Of a stretch of DNA of 64,000 nucleotides, positions 28,524 through 36,218 are shown in pieces. The stretch covers positions 682 through 64,681 of the forward strand of contig JBAUTB010000222.1 in the NCBI GenBank assembly GCA_049582005.1, read 5' to 3'. The position numbers were made by a program, and so were the translations under genes. Numbering within the stretch: position 1 is the stretch's first letter; every line of letters begins with the position of its first letter. The notes below the pieces were generated by a model. It searched no databases, was not told the origin of the DNA, and saw only the letters and a program-made list of their open reading frames with translations. The DNA is from Gloeobacterales cyanobacterium. GTDB lineage: Bacteria; Cyanobacteriota; Cyanobacteriia; Gloeobacterales; PMM-0068.

Positions 28524-28814
28524 TTACTGATTTTTCTGCAGGGAACTGGTAACGGCAGAAGCTTGCATCGCCTGTAGTACCGCCATTTCATACAGCGTCT
28601 CGGTGATCATCTGGCGTTCAGCGTCGCTTACAAGAGGCTCTACTTCTTTCAGCAATGCAATCACCTTATGGGCCTGGTCCCGAATTTCTTCAGGGGTGAT
28701 TTTGCCGTCCGCTATTGCCTGCTGCCAAGAAGCCATTCGCTGAAAATACTCAGATAGATATAAAGGTCCTTTTTCTTGGTCAAACCAGCTAATACGCGAT
28801 GATTCCTCTACCAT
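28524..28814 (-). CDS. Hypothetical helical protein, paralog of the C-domain of 27334-28059
   Basis: The track ORF runs to 28853 (109 aa). The internal ATG at 28814 is preceded by GGGAGAAAGAAGAAC and gives MVEESSRISWFDQEKG... (96 aa). The choice of start is uncertain. Confidence 0.65.
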   Translation of the reverse strand: MVEESSRISWFDQEKGPLYLSEYFQRMASWQQAIADGKITPEEIRDQAHKVIALLKEVEPLVSDAERQMITETLYEMAVLQAMQASAVTSSLQKNQ

Positions 28815-29002
28815 GTTCTTCTTTCTCCCTAGGAATATCCGTCGTTTCAACATACTTCAGAAATTTAGCATTGCTTGCCCTTATAAGCCTCTACCTTGAG
28901 GAAGAGCTGAAAGGCATAAGCAGCGTGGAAGAACAGAAGCTACTCTAGCAATAAGGGACTCGGAAAACAAAGTGGCTTCCCAAAAGTAAGGTTAGAAATG
29001 TT

Positions 29003-30058
29003 GTGACGAACAAAAACCAACTATCTATTCTGTTCGTGACCCTGCTCCTCCTCTGGGGGGCGCTGTTGATTTTAGCTCCTTTCCTAAGCGCTATTTGTTG
29101 GGCCACCATCGTAGCCGTAGTTACTTGGCCGCTCTACAAGAGACTGCAAAGCTTTTTGGGAAAACGTCAAGGTTGGTCTGCCCTGGTCATGACCCTTCTG
29201 GTATTTCTAGGGGTGTTTCTCCCTTTGGCGCTCATGGCTCTGCTCCTGGCTGAGCAAGTTGCGGATATTGCTAGAACACTTAACCTCAACACGCTTGCTA
29301 AACAGCTAGACAATCTGGTTGTTAGTTCCCAGCAAATACCTTGGATAGGGCCACAGCTTTATACCTCTCTACAAGACCTAGGACCAAAGCTACAAGAGGG
29401 ATTACGTAGCCGAATTGGAGGGATCTTGACGGTTTTTGCCAGTGTAGGGCAGCAAGTAACTCAAGGTTTTATTACACTGGGCCTGACCGTTTTCATTAGT
29501 TTCTTTTTTTATAAAAACGGCGATGCTTGGGTGAATCAGGGGCAGCGCAGTTTGTATCGCTTGGGCGGAGACCCCTTAGCTTCTTTACTTAACCCTTTAG
29601 CAAATACCGTACGGGCTGTAGTTCTGGGCTTGACTTTGACTGCTATCGTGCAAGGATTTCTGGCTGGTTTGGGTTTCTGGGGAGTCGGTATAGAAGGAGC
29701 CGTAATTTGGGGACTCGTCACCACCCTACTGGCAATTATTCAGATTCCCACGTTCTTCGTGTGGTTACCTTGGGGGCTCTGGCTGGTTTTTGCCGGTCAA
29801 CTCTGGCAGGGGCTCGCGCTGCTCACTTGGGGCGCATTGGCCGTGAGCACGATTGATAATTTCTTGAAACCTGTATTCATCAGTCAGGGTGCAGGGATCC
29901 CTTTTTTAGTCGTACTTTTTGGTGTCTTAGGGGGAGTGCTCGCTTTCGGTCCATTAGGTATTATTCTGGGGCCTGTGCTTTTATCGGTTCTCCTCACGCT
30001 CTGGCAACGCTGGGTGGACTCTGGAGAAGCGGAGGAAAATAAGAACCTCTCCAGTTAA
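29003..30058 (+). CDS. AI-2E family transporter (PerM/UPF0118)
   Basis: 351 aa with a GTG start and about 8 hydrophobic segments. The C-terminal pattern ...TIDNFLKPVFISQGAGIPFLVVLFGVLGGVLAFGPLGIILGPVLL is typical of the family. Confidence 0.82.
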   Translation: MTNKNQLSILFVTLLLLWGALLILAPFLSAICWATIVAVVTWPLYKRLQSFLGKRQGWSALVMTLLVFLGVFLPLALMALLLAEQVADIARTLNLNTLAKQLDNLVVSSQQIPWIGPQLYTSLQDLGPKLQEGLRSRIGGILTVFASVGQQVTQGFITLGLTVFISFFFYKNGDAWVNQGQRSLYRLGGDPLASLLNPLANTVRAVVLGLTLTAIVQGFLAGLGFWGVGIEGAVIWGLVTTLLAIIQIPTFFVWLPWGLWLVFAGQLWQGLALLTWGALAVSTIDNFLKPVFISQGAGIPFLVVLFGVLGGVLAFGPLGIILGPVLLSVLLTLWQRWVDSGEAEENKNLSS

Positions 30059-30184
30059 AGGCAGGAACTTTTATAGATAGAAGAAGCTCAGTCATCGGCT
30101 TTGCACAAAATCCAATGATGATGCACCTAGCGGAATGGGTAGCCTGAAATCAAGCTTATTTATTGAGGAGTGCACAACAGAACC

Positions 30185-31507
30185 ATGAACCTACGTCTTA
30201 TGGCAAAAGGTGTATTAGGGATCATGTTTCTCTTGACAGGAGGATGGTTATCGCAAGGCTTAACGAAGTCTCTGCCCACAGTGCTTGCTCAAGCTCCTTT
30301 AAACAGTACAGGGGCCACGATCATTGCCCAACCCGGAGAAAAATTTCCGCAATTAGTGCGGAGGGGAGAACAAACGGCTCGTTCTCTGTTGGAACCACTC
30401 TTTGCCGCAGGGGCTCAGGAAGGCTACATACAAATCGGAGTAAAAAGTCGTAGTAGTATATTTCCTTTAATGGATGTGCGGGTGTCGCGCGCGGATTGGT
30501 CCCAGAAGCCCTCTTCTTTGCTCCCATACAGCCGCGTATTTACAGAGACCGAGAGTTTAATAGAATTCTCCCCGACTCCAAAGGCAGACATAATAAAACG
30601 TCCTGCCAAATCTCCCAGTACAACTTCTGCAACAACCTCATCTGAGAATAAAAAGACTGCAGAAGGCCAACAAGCCACTCCAGAAAACAAAAAAGTGGAT
30701 AGTTCGACTAGTTCGACGGGATCAATCGCTGAACCTTCAAGCAACCAACTGAGCTCTAGCGCTCCAAAGGCAGACAGCAAGAGAGTTCCTGTCAATACCC
30801 CGATTATGCTTAGTTTTAAAGACCTCCTGGCAAAGGACGTAAAGAGTTTAGGGGTCCAAATTATGCCTGCACCGAAAGGAGGCAATGAATCCCTTTCAGA
30901 TAAAACCTATCAATTTACGCCCCAGCCCCGCTTGGGCTATAGTACGGAATACACTGTTACGGTGAGTGGGTCCAAGGAAAAGCCCCTCAAAGAACCGATC
31001 AAACTCAAGTTCACCACTGAGCCTCAGTACACCTATAAGAAAGATATCCAGACCATGCTGGCAGGTACCTGCACCAGCTGCCACAGTACCACGGGGACCC
31101 AACGCAATCGCTCGGAATTGGATACCTATGCGAAAGTCTTGAAGTACGTTACCCCAGGAATAGGAGGCGAGCTCATCAATCCCAAGTGGTTAGCACTCCA
31201 TGCAAGCGGTGGAGGAACGGGAGGACCAGGTTTTCTCCCAAAAGCAGGTCTTCGCCAACGAGGCGATAAAGTGATTGGTGGAGGCGGAGCCACTTCTGCC
31301 AATCCCTTTGGCACCGTAGCACCCTCATCGACCACAAGTGCTACAGGAACGGCCAGCACCGCAGATAGCTTGCAAGGTAATGCAGGTTCATCCCTTAGTA
31401 CCGATACCAGCAATGTTTCACGAGGTAACCGTCAAGGTGCGCTAACCGATGAACAGGTAACCATTCTAAAGACATGGATTGTTCAAGATAAAGCGGTAGA
31501 AGAATAG
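30185..31507 (+). CDS. Secreted multidomain protein: unknown N-domain, Ser/Thr-rich linker, Ig-like domain, and CXXCH (PSCyt1-like) putative heme-c domain
   Basis: The track ORF starts at a GTG at 30170. The ATG at 30185 gives the signal-like MNLRLMAKGVLGIMFLLTGGW. The Ig-like (SbsA-type) pattern is VPVNTPIMLSF...YQFTPQPRLGYSTEYTVTVSG. Then IQTMLAGTCTSCHS...LTDEQVTILKTWIVQDKA, resembling the planctomycete-type cytochrome c domain. Confidence 0.6.
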   Translation: MNLRLMAKGVLGIMFLLTGGWLSQGLTKSLPTVLAQAPLNSTGATIIAQPGEKFPQLVRRGEQTARSLLEPLFAAGAQEGYIQIGVKSRSSIFPLMDVRVSRADWSQKPSSLLPYSRVFTETESLIEFSPTPKADIIKRPAKSPSTTSATTSSENKKTAEGQQATPENKKVDSSTSSTGSIAEPSSNQLSSSAPKADSKRVPVNTPIMLSFKDLLAKDVKSLGVQIMPAPKGGNESLSDKTYQFTPQPRLGYSTEYTVTVSGSKEKPLKEPIKLKFTTEPQYTYKKDIQTMLAGTCTSCHSTTGTQRNRSELDTYAKVLKYVTPGIGGELINPKWLALHASGGGTGGPGFLPKAGLRQRGDKVIGGGGATSANPFGTVAPSSTTSATGTASTADSLQGNAGSSLSTDTSNVSRGNRQGALTDEQVTILKTWIVQDKAVEE

Positions 31508-31592
31508 TTTATGTAGCGCTTGATGTGAGAGGCTTTAGTCTGAGTCGTTGCAAATCTAAGTTTATACATGTATTGAATATGAGGAAAATCAG

Positions 31593-31883
31593 CTAATCCA
31601 GGCTCGATGGCTTAAGTTCTTCAATGCTAATTTCAACGGGAAATTTAGTTAGTCCTGTTGCTAATTGCTGAGCTTCTTCTTTAGGCAAGATCCGGAACAG
31701 GCTATTCTTCTGTTCATCGAAATCCCAATCCACAGAGTCTTGTTTTAAACGTCCTAATTCATCTTCCAACTTTAAAATGCGCAGGTCTAATTCTTCGCCA
31801 AACCAGCGTTCATCACTCATTTTTGCAGGGCGGCGCGGGCTTAGATCCATGCGACATTTTTGCTCTAGAGAAATTTCTGTCAT
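31593..31883 (-). CDS. Hypothetical protein
   Basis: 96-aa acidic ORF starting 1 nt after the murQ stop on the same strand. No family recognised. Confidence 0.45.
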   Translation of the reverse strand: MTEISLEQKCRMDLSPRRPAKMSDERWFGEELDLRILKLEDELGRLKQDSVDWDFDEQKNSLFRILPKEEAQQLATGLTKFPVEISIEELKPSSLD

Positions 31884-31884
31884 C

Positions 31885-32787
31885 TTAGGACCGCAAAATT
31901 TTGCTGAGATGGCCTTGATGTTTTGCCAAGAGGGTTTCGGCTTGTCCTTTATCTAATTGCCGATGGTGCATGACTAGGGCTAGTTTTACTTTGTTATCCG
32001 CTTTCTCGAGTAAATCCTGTGCTTCAGGCGGTGAAATTTTAGCCAATTCCCCGAGAATGCGTAAAGCGCGAGCCTCAAGTTTGTGGTTCGTGACCGATAC
32101 ATCCACCATCAGATTTTGATAGACCTTCCCCAGGCGAACCATCGCTCCAGTGGAGAGCATGTTAAGCACCATCTTGGTGGCCGTGCCTGCTTTCAGTCGG
32201 GTGGACCCTGTTAAAACCTCAGGCCCAACCAAGACTCGGATCGAAAGGTCATAATCATCGGGCACTTGCTCCTTAGACACACAGCAGAAAAAGATAGTCT
32301 TTGCTCCCTGTGCGCGGGCTCCAGCCAAAGCTCCATGAATATAGGGCGTAGTTCCTCCGGCGGCAATGCCCACCACCACGTCGGCAGAGCTGATTCCCCG
32401 TTCTGTAAGGTCTGCCGCTCCTGCACTAGGGCTATCCTCTGCTCCTTCTATACTGCGCACTAAGGCTTCTGGACCTCCAGCAATCAACCCCTGCACCATG
32501 GTTGGATCTGTTCTAAAGGTCGAAGGACACTCGGAAGCATCAAGAACCCCCAACCGACCACTGGTACCTGCTCCTACATAAAACAGGCGGCCGCCTTGAG
32601 CAAGCGCTTCCGCGATGAGCAGTATACCTTGGGCAATGGATTCCTGGGCTGCTTGGACCGCTCGCACCACTTCTGAATCCTGCTGGTTCATGAGCTGGAC
32701 CAGTTCCAAAGCGGATAGGTTGTCCAGGTCCATACTCAGAGGGTTGCGTTGCTCCGTCAGAAAATGTCCCCGATTATCTTGTCCCAC
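31885..32787 (-). CDS. murQ: N-acetylmuramic acid 6-phosphate etherase
   Basis: 300 aa. LTEQRNP...DLD, with the SIS domain YVGAGTSGRLGVLDASECPSTF and GIAAGGTTPY. Confidence 0.92.
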   Translation of the reverse strand: MGQDNRGHFLTEQRNPLSMDLDNLSALELVQLMNQQDSEVVRAVQAAQESIAQGILLIAEALAQGGRLFYVGAGTSGRLGVLDASECPSTFRTDPTMVQGLIAGGPEALVRSIEGAEDSPSAGAADLTERGISSADVVVGIAAGGTTPYIHGALAGARAQGAKTIFFCCVSKEQVPDDYDLSIRVLVGPEVLTGSTRLKAGTATKMVLNMLSTGAMVRLGKVYQNLMVDVSVTNHKLEARALRILGELAKISPPEAQDLLEKADNKVKLALVMHHRQLDKGQAETLLAKHQGHLSKILRS

Positions 32788-32819
32788 AATGCTCCCTAGA
32801 AGGCCCTAACAAGCCTATC

Positions 32820-33437
32820 CTAACGACTGGACAACCAAGCAATTGATGAGCGAATCCACTCTTCTGCGGCAGAACCGGGATTCTGACCACTGACCTGTTG
32901 CAGAGCTTGCGCTACCTCCTTGGGCGAAAAACCAAGAGCCAAAAGCGCCATTTGGGCCTCCTCATAAACTTGGGGCTGAACAGAAACCCCTGAAGATACT
33001 CCTAGTCCTGCTTCCTGGCGAAACTTTTCCATCTTGCTCTTCAGTTCTAAGGTAATCCGTTGAGCCGTTTTACTACCTACCCCTGGGGTCAACGCTAAGG
33101 CTCGAAAATTCTCTCGTACCACTGCCTGGACTAATTCCATCGCCCCCAGGGTATCCAAAAGAGCAAGGGCAAGTCGGGGACCTACCCCTGAGACCGAGGT
33201 AAGTAAGGTGAATAGTTCTCGTTCCTGCTCTTCCAGAAAACCATAGAGCGTCATACTGTCTTCGCGGGGGACCAGAACCGTATGCATTTTAAGCAGGCTA
33301 CCCAGATTAGGAAGTTGATCCAAAGCCCGACTATGGGTCCAGACTTGATAGCCCACGCCTTGCACATCGACCACCACCCATTGCTGACTTTCGCGGGTAG
33401 AGGCTGAGACCAACATCCCCTGGACAAAAGCAATCAT
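32820..33437 (-). CDS. ruvA: Holliday junction DNA helicase subunit RuvA
   Basis: The conserved start MIAFVQG.L corresponds to the ATG at 33437; the track ORF extends 13 codons further. Contains the HhH motifs (LTSVSGVGPRLALALL, LALTPGVGSKTAQRI). Confidence 0.92.
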   Translation of the reverse strand: MIAFVQGMLVSASTRESQQWVVVDVQGVGYQVWTHSRALDQLPNLGSLLKMHTVLVPREDSMTLYGFLEEQERELFTLLTSVSGVGPRLALALLDTLGAMELVQAVVRENFRALALTPGVGSKTAQRITLELKSKMEKFRQEAGLGVSSGVSVQPQVYEEAQMALLALGFSPKEVAQALQQVSGQNPGSAAEEWIRSSIAWLSSR

Positions 33438-33447
33438 GGGTATTGAG

Positions 33448-33849
33448 TTAACGAACAGAAATAGCGCGCTTCTCAAGCTGGGCTATTTCTGTTAATTTGT
33501 CAGCGCCTACAAAGCGAATCTGGATATCTTCAGGGTCCGTCCACCCATAGGATTTCTTGAGCATCGGCTCAATTTGTTGGGGGTCAAAGGCATAGGTAAA
33601 GCGTTCCCGTGCCTTCACATAGGTTTTTTTGGCTACGACCAACTCTTGGGTTAAAGCCTGTAAACGCTGTGATTGGAGGGTACTGAGCTGGAGCAAATGC
33701 CAAAGGCTATAAAATGCCCAGATACATAATCCTACAAGCAGCATTACTAACCCTAATTGAACGTAGACCTGCCGCAACGTATCCCCAGAGAAGGTTCTTA
33801 GGACCTGAAAAGGTTTGGTGGTGGCGGGAGTAGTAGGGATGCGGTTCAT
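33448..33849 (-). CDS. Hypothetical bitopic protein with a coiled coil (FtsB/DivIC-like topology)
   Basis: 133 aa. One TM segment (VQLGLVMLLVGLCIWAFYSLW) followed by the heptad-like LQLSTLQSQRLQALTQELVVAKK. The start overlaps the upstream ORF stop by 4 nt. Any functional call would rest on topology alone. Confidence 0.5.
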   Translation of the reverse strand: MNRIPTTPATTKPFQVLRTFSGDTLRQVYVQLGLVMLLVGLCIWAFYSLWHLLQLSTLQSQRLQALTQELVVAKKTYVKARERFTYAFDPQQIEPMLKKSYGWTDPEDIQIRFVGADKLTEIAQLEKRAISVR

Positions 33850-34070
33850 TCGCAGAGAGATTTAAGTTGACAAAGCACAGGTTTCATCCTAAGGCCAAGT
33901 CCTCTGGGCAGCAAGTTAGCGCGGATTTCTAACTGGAGGACTACCAAAGGCAAAAGCTCATTGAAGGCACGTAAAGAATCCTGGGTTTGACATTCCACCC
34001 AGTCCAAAAACTCCTCAATGTTCAGCACCGAATAGGGACTATCGACATAGAGCAAAACATCCGACACCAC
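33846..34070 (-). CDS. Hypothetical small protein
   Basis: 74 aa with a GTG start, translationally coupled to the next gene. No family recognised. Confidence 0.35.
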   Translation of the reverse strand: MVSDVLLYVDSPYSVLNIEEFLDWVECQTQDSLRAFNELLPLVVLQLEIRANLLPRGLGLRMKPVLCQLKSLCE

Positions 34071-34103
34071 TCAGATCCTCCGTAGAGCCGAGGTTTGTCT
34101 TAG

Positions 34104-34232
34104 CTACTTGGCTAAGGTAGTACTTAGCATCATTGCGAAGACCCCAGCGATTAAAGCAACTACGAACGCAATTGCCACTTCACCATTGCCAATGAGGGCG
34201 GCAACAAACACGTGCAGATTACTTATTAACAT
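34104..34232 (-). CDS. psaM: Small hydrophobic protein, PsaM-like (photosystem I subunit XII candidate)
   Basis: Below the track's size cutoff. Reverse-strand ATG at 34232 and TAG stop at 34106-34104, with AAGGGG 4 nt upstream. Translation: MLISNLHVFVAALIGNGEVAIAFVVALIAGVFAMMLSTTLAK. The C-terminal part aligns by eye to PsaM as I recall it (..QVYVALVIALLPAVLAFRLSTELYK), sharing VAL...V.A..LST.L.K. Confidence 0.5.
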   Translation of the reverse strand: MLISNLHVFVAALIGNGEVAIAFVVALIAGVFAMMLSTTLAK

Positions 34233-34388
34233 TGTGCCCCTTGTGCTTTAAGGAATATAAATCACGACTAATTATACCGAGTGAACCAGGTCGAAGCCTT
34301 GCTCCGTCAAATAGCTTAATCTTCTGCAATATATCTGACTTGAAAAACGGAGTAAGTCCTCACCGAACCGAATCTAAAGTCGAGAAGT

Positions 34389-35486
34389 TTACACATTGAA
34401 GCGGAAGTGGAGCACGTCTCCGTCTTTCACAAGGTATTCTTTGCCTTCAGAACGATAGGTCCCTTTTTCCCGGGCCGCTGCATAGGAGCCCGCTGCGACT
34501 AGGTCCTCATAGGCAATAGTTTCCGCGCGGATAAACCCCTTTTCAAAATCCGAGTGAATTACGCCTGCGGCTTGGGGAGCTAACGTACCCCTGCGGATGG
34601 TCCAAGCCCGCACTTCTTTTTCCCCTGCAGTGAAGTAGGTAATCAGTTCCAAGAGGCTATAGGTTTCTTTGATCAGGGATTGAAGCCCTCCTTCTTGGAC
34701 GCCCAGGGAAGCCAAATAATCTGCTCTATCTTCTGGAGGCAGTTCAACCAACTCTGATTCAACCTGAGCTGACATCACGACCACGCCCGCATGCTCTTGT
34801 TGGGCGATGGCCTTCACTTTCTCCACAAAAGCATTCCCCGTCGCTAAGTCCGTCTCACTGACATTGGTAGCGTAAATCACAGGCTTAGCGGTGAGCAACC
34901 CTAGATTGCTATTATCAAGAATAGCTTGCTCTTCTACTGTCAGCGGGACCAGACGTACGGGAATACCTTGGTCTAGCGCTTCAGTTAGCCGTTCTAAGAC
35001 TTTCTGCTCCTCTTGATAAGCTTTATCGGTACGGGCTTGCTTAGCAATCTTCTGCTGACGCTTTTCTATTTGGGCCAGATCGGATAGAGCCAGTTCCAGA
35101 TTAATGGTGCTAATGTCCCGCTCTGGATCAATAGAACCCTCCACATGGCTAATGTTCGGGTCTTCAAAGCAGCGCACCACATGGACAATCGCATCCACTT
35201 GCCGAATATGGGAAAGGAATTGATTCCCCAGGCCTTCTCCTTGGGAAGCTCCCCGCACCAATCCTGCAATATCTACAAATTCAATGCGGGTAGGGATTAG
35301 GACCTTCGTATTCACAATCTTCTGAAGCTTCTCCATCCGCTCATCTGGGACGGATACCAAGCCCGTATTCGGTTCAATGGTACAAAAAGGGAAATTAGCC
35401 GCCTCGGCTTTCGCATTGTCCGCAATGGCATTAAATAGGGTGGATTTACCCACATTAGGTAAACCGACAATTCCAGCACGCAGCAT
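34389..35486 (-). CDS. ychF: Ribosome-binding ATPase YchF (Obg family)
   Basis: 365 aa. [35 protein letters not shown], and a TGS-like C-terminus ending [11 protein letters not shown]. Confidence 0.95.
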   Translation of the reverse strand: MLRAGIVGLPNVGKSTLFNAIADNAKAEAANFPFCTIEPNTGLVSVPDERMEKLQKIVNTKVLIPTRIEFVDIAGLVRGASQGEGLGNQFLSHIRQVDAIVHVVRCFEDPNISHVEGSIDPERDISTINLELALSDLAQIEKRQQKIAKQARTDKAYQEEQKVLERLTEALDQGIPVRLVPLTVEEQAILDNSNLGLLTAKPVIYATNVSETDLATGNAFVEKVKAIAQQEHAGVVVMSAQVESELVELPPEDRADYLASLGVQEGGLQSLIKETYSLLELITYFTAGEKEVRAWTIRRGTLAPQAAGVIHSDFEKGFIRAETIAYEDLVAAGSYAAAREKGTYRSEGKEYLVKDGDVLHFRFNV

Positions 35487-35709
35487 AAGATAAACGCTGA
35501 ACCTAAGTCAGGGTGGGAAAACAGCTTATCCACGTTAACATGCATCAATACTCAAAACCAATGCCAACCTATCACTCCATGGTTCGTGAAAAATAACTGA
35601 GGTGCCCAAGAAGGTACTTTCCGTGTGCATACTGATGTAACATCTTGCATCCAAATTTATAGTTAGGCTATAGGCTATAAGCTATAAGTCAAACACCAGA
35701 AGGAATGCC

Positions 35710-36108
35710 ATGGTGATGTCGTTTGAAAAACCTGAATCAGCAGTTCTTCCATTCAAACAAGTTAACTTCCTAAAAAAAGGTAATTATACCTATAGCACTT
35801 CTCGAGATGTCATTAGGTTAAAAGGCGCTATTACAGAAAAGAGTAGCCGCTGTATAGAAGAGAAGATATTAGGCGGTATTGCACGCAAAAAGATAAATCT
35901 GATTATTGACTTAACGGGTGTAACTTCTATCGATGGGGATGGAATTCGCCTTCTGAATACTGCTTTACGGATGAGTCGTTCTTTTGGTAGAATTTTAACT
36001 CTATTTGGTCTTTGCCCTGAAGTTAAGGAATCTTTAATCCTGGCTGACATTTATTCTCAGTTCAGTATTTGCCAAACTGAGGCCGAGGCCATTAACCAGG
36101 TTTGCTAG
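35710..36108 (+). CDS. STAS-domain protein (anti-sigma-factor antagonist family)
   Basis: 132 aa. ...INLIIDLTGVTSIDGDGIRLL... fits the STAS/SpoIIAA pattern (phosphorylatable Ser context DL..V..IDS.G). The gene is AT-rich. Confidence 0.7.
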   Translation: MVMSFEKPESAVLPFKQVNFLKKGNYTYSTSRDVIRLKGAITEKSSRCIEEKILGGIARKKINLIIDLTGVTSIDGDGIRLLNTALRMSRSFGRILTLFGLCPEVKESLILADIYSQFSICQTEAEAINQVC

Positions 36109-36134
36109 AAAATTTCCTAAGAAAGTTAGTGTGC

Positions 36135-36180
36135 TAGCCCCCGCTTTGGCTCCGTCCAAGTTGGGGGCTATTTTTTATTT
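36135..36180 (+). terminator. Rho-independent terminator after the STAS gene
   Basis: Stem TAGCCCCC (36135-36142) / GGGGGCTA (36163-36170), with inner TTGG/CCAA pairing, followed by TTTTTTATTT. Confidence 0.7.
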
Positions 36181-36218
36181 GAGAGGGGGGATATATTGCG
36201 CCTTTACGTATTTATTTA

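Noticed and set aside
27334-28853. EF-hand-like loop (AIADG[KR]I.PEE) in the helical module of the split/fused trio.
   Set aside because: Only loop positions 5, 6, 8 and 12 fit the canonical EF-hand. The acidic ligands at positions 1 and 3 are Gln/Arg and Ile, so a Ca2+-binding call is not supportable from sequence alone.
35661-35690. Short 7-bp tandem (GGCTATA GGCTATA AGCTATA AG) upstream of the STAS gene.
   Set aside because: There are only about three copies of a low-complexity unit in an AT-rich spacer. Nothing supports a function.
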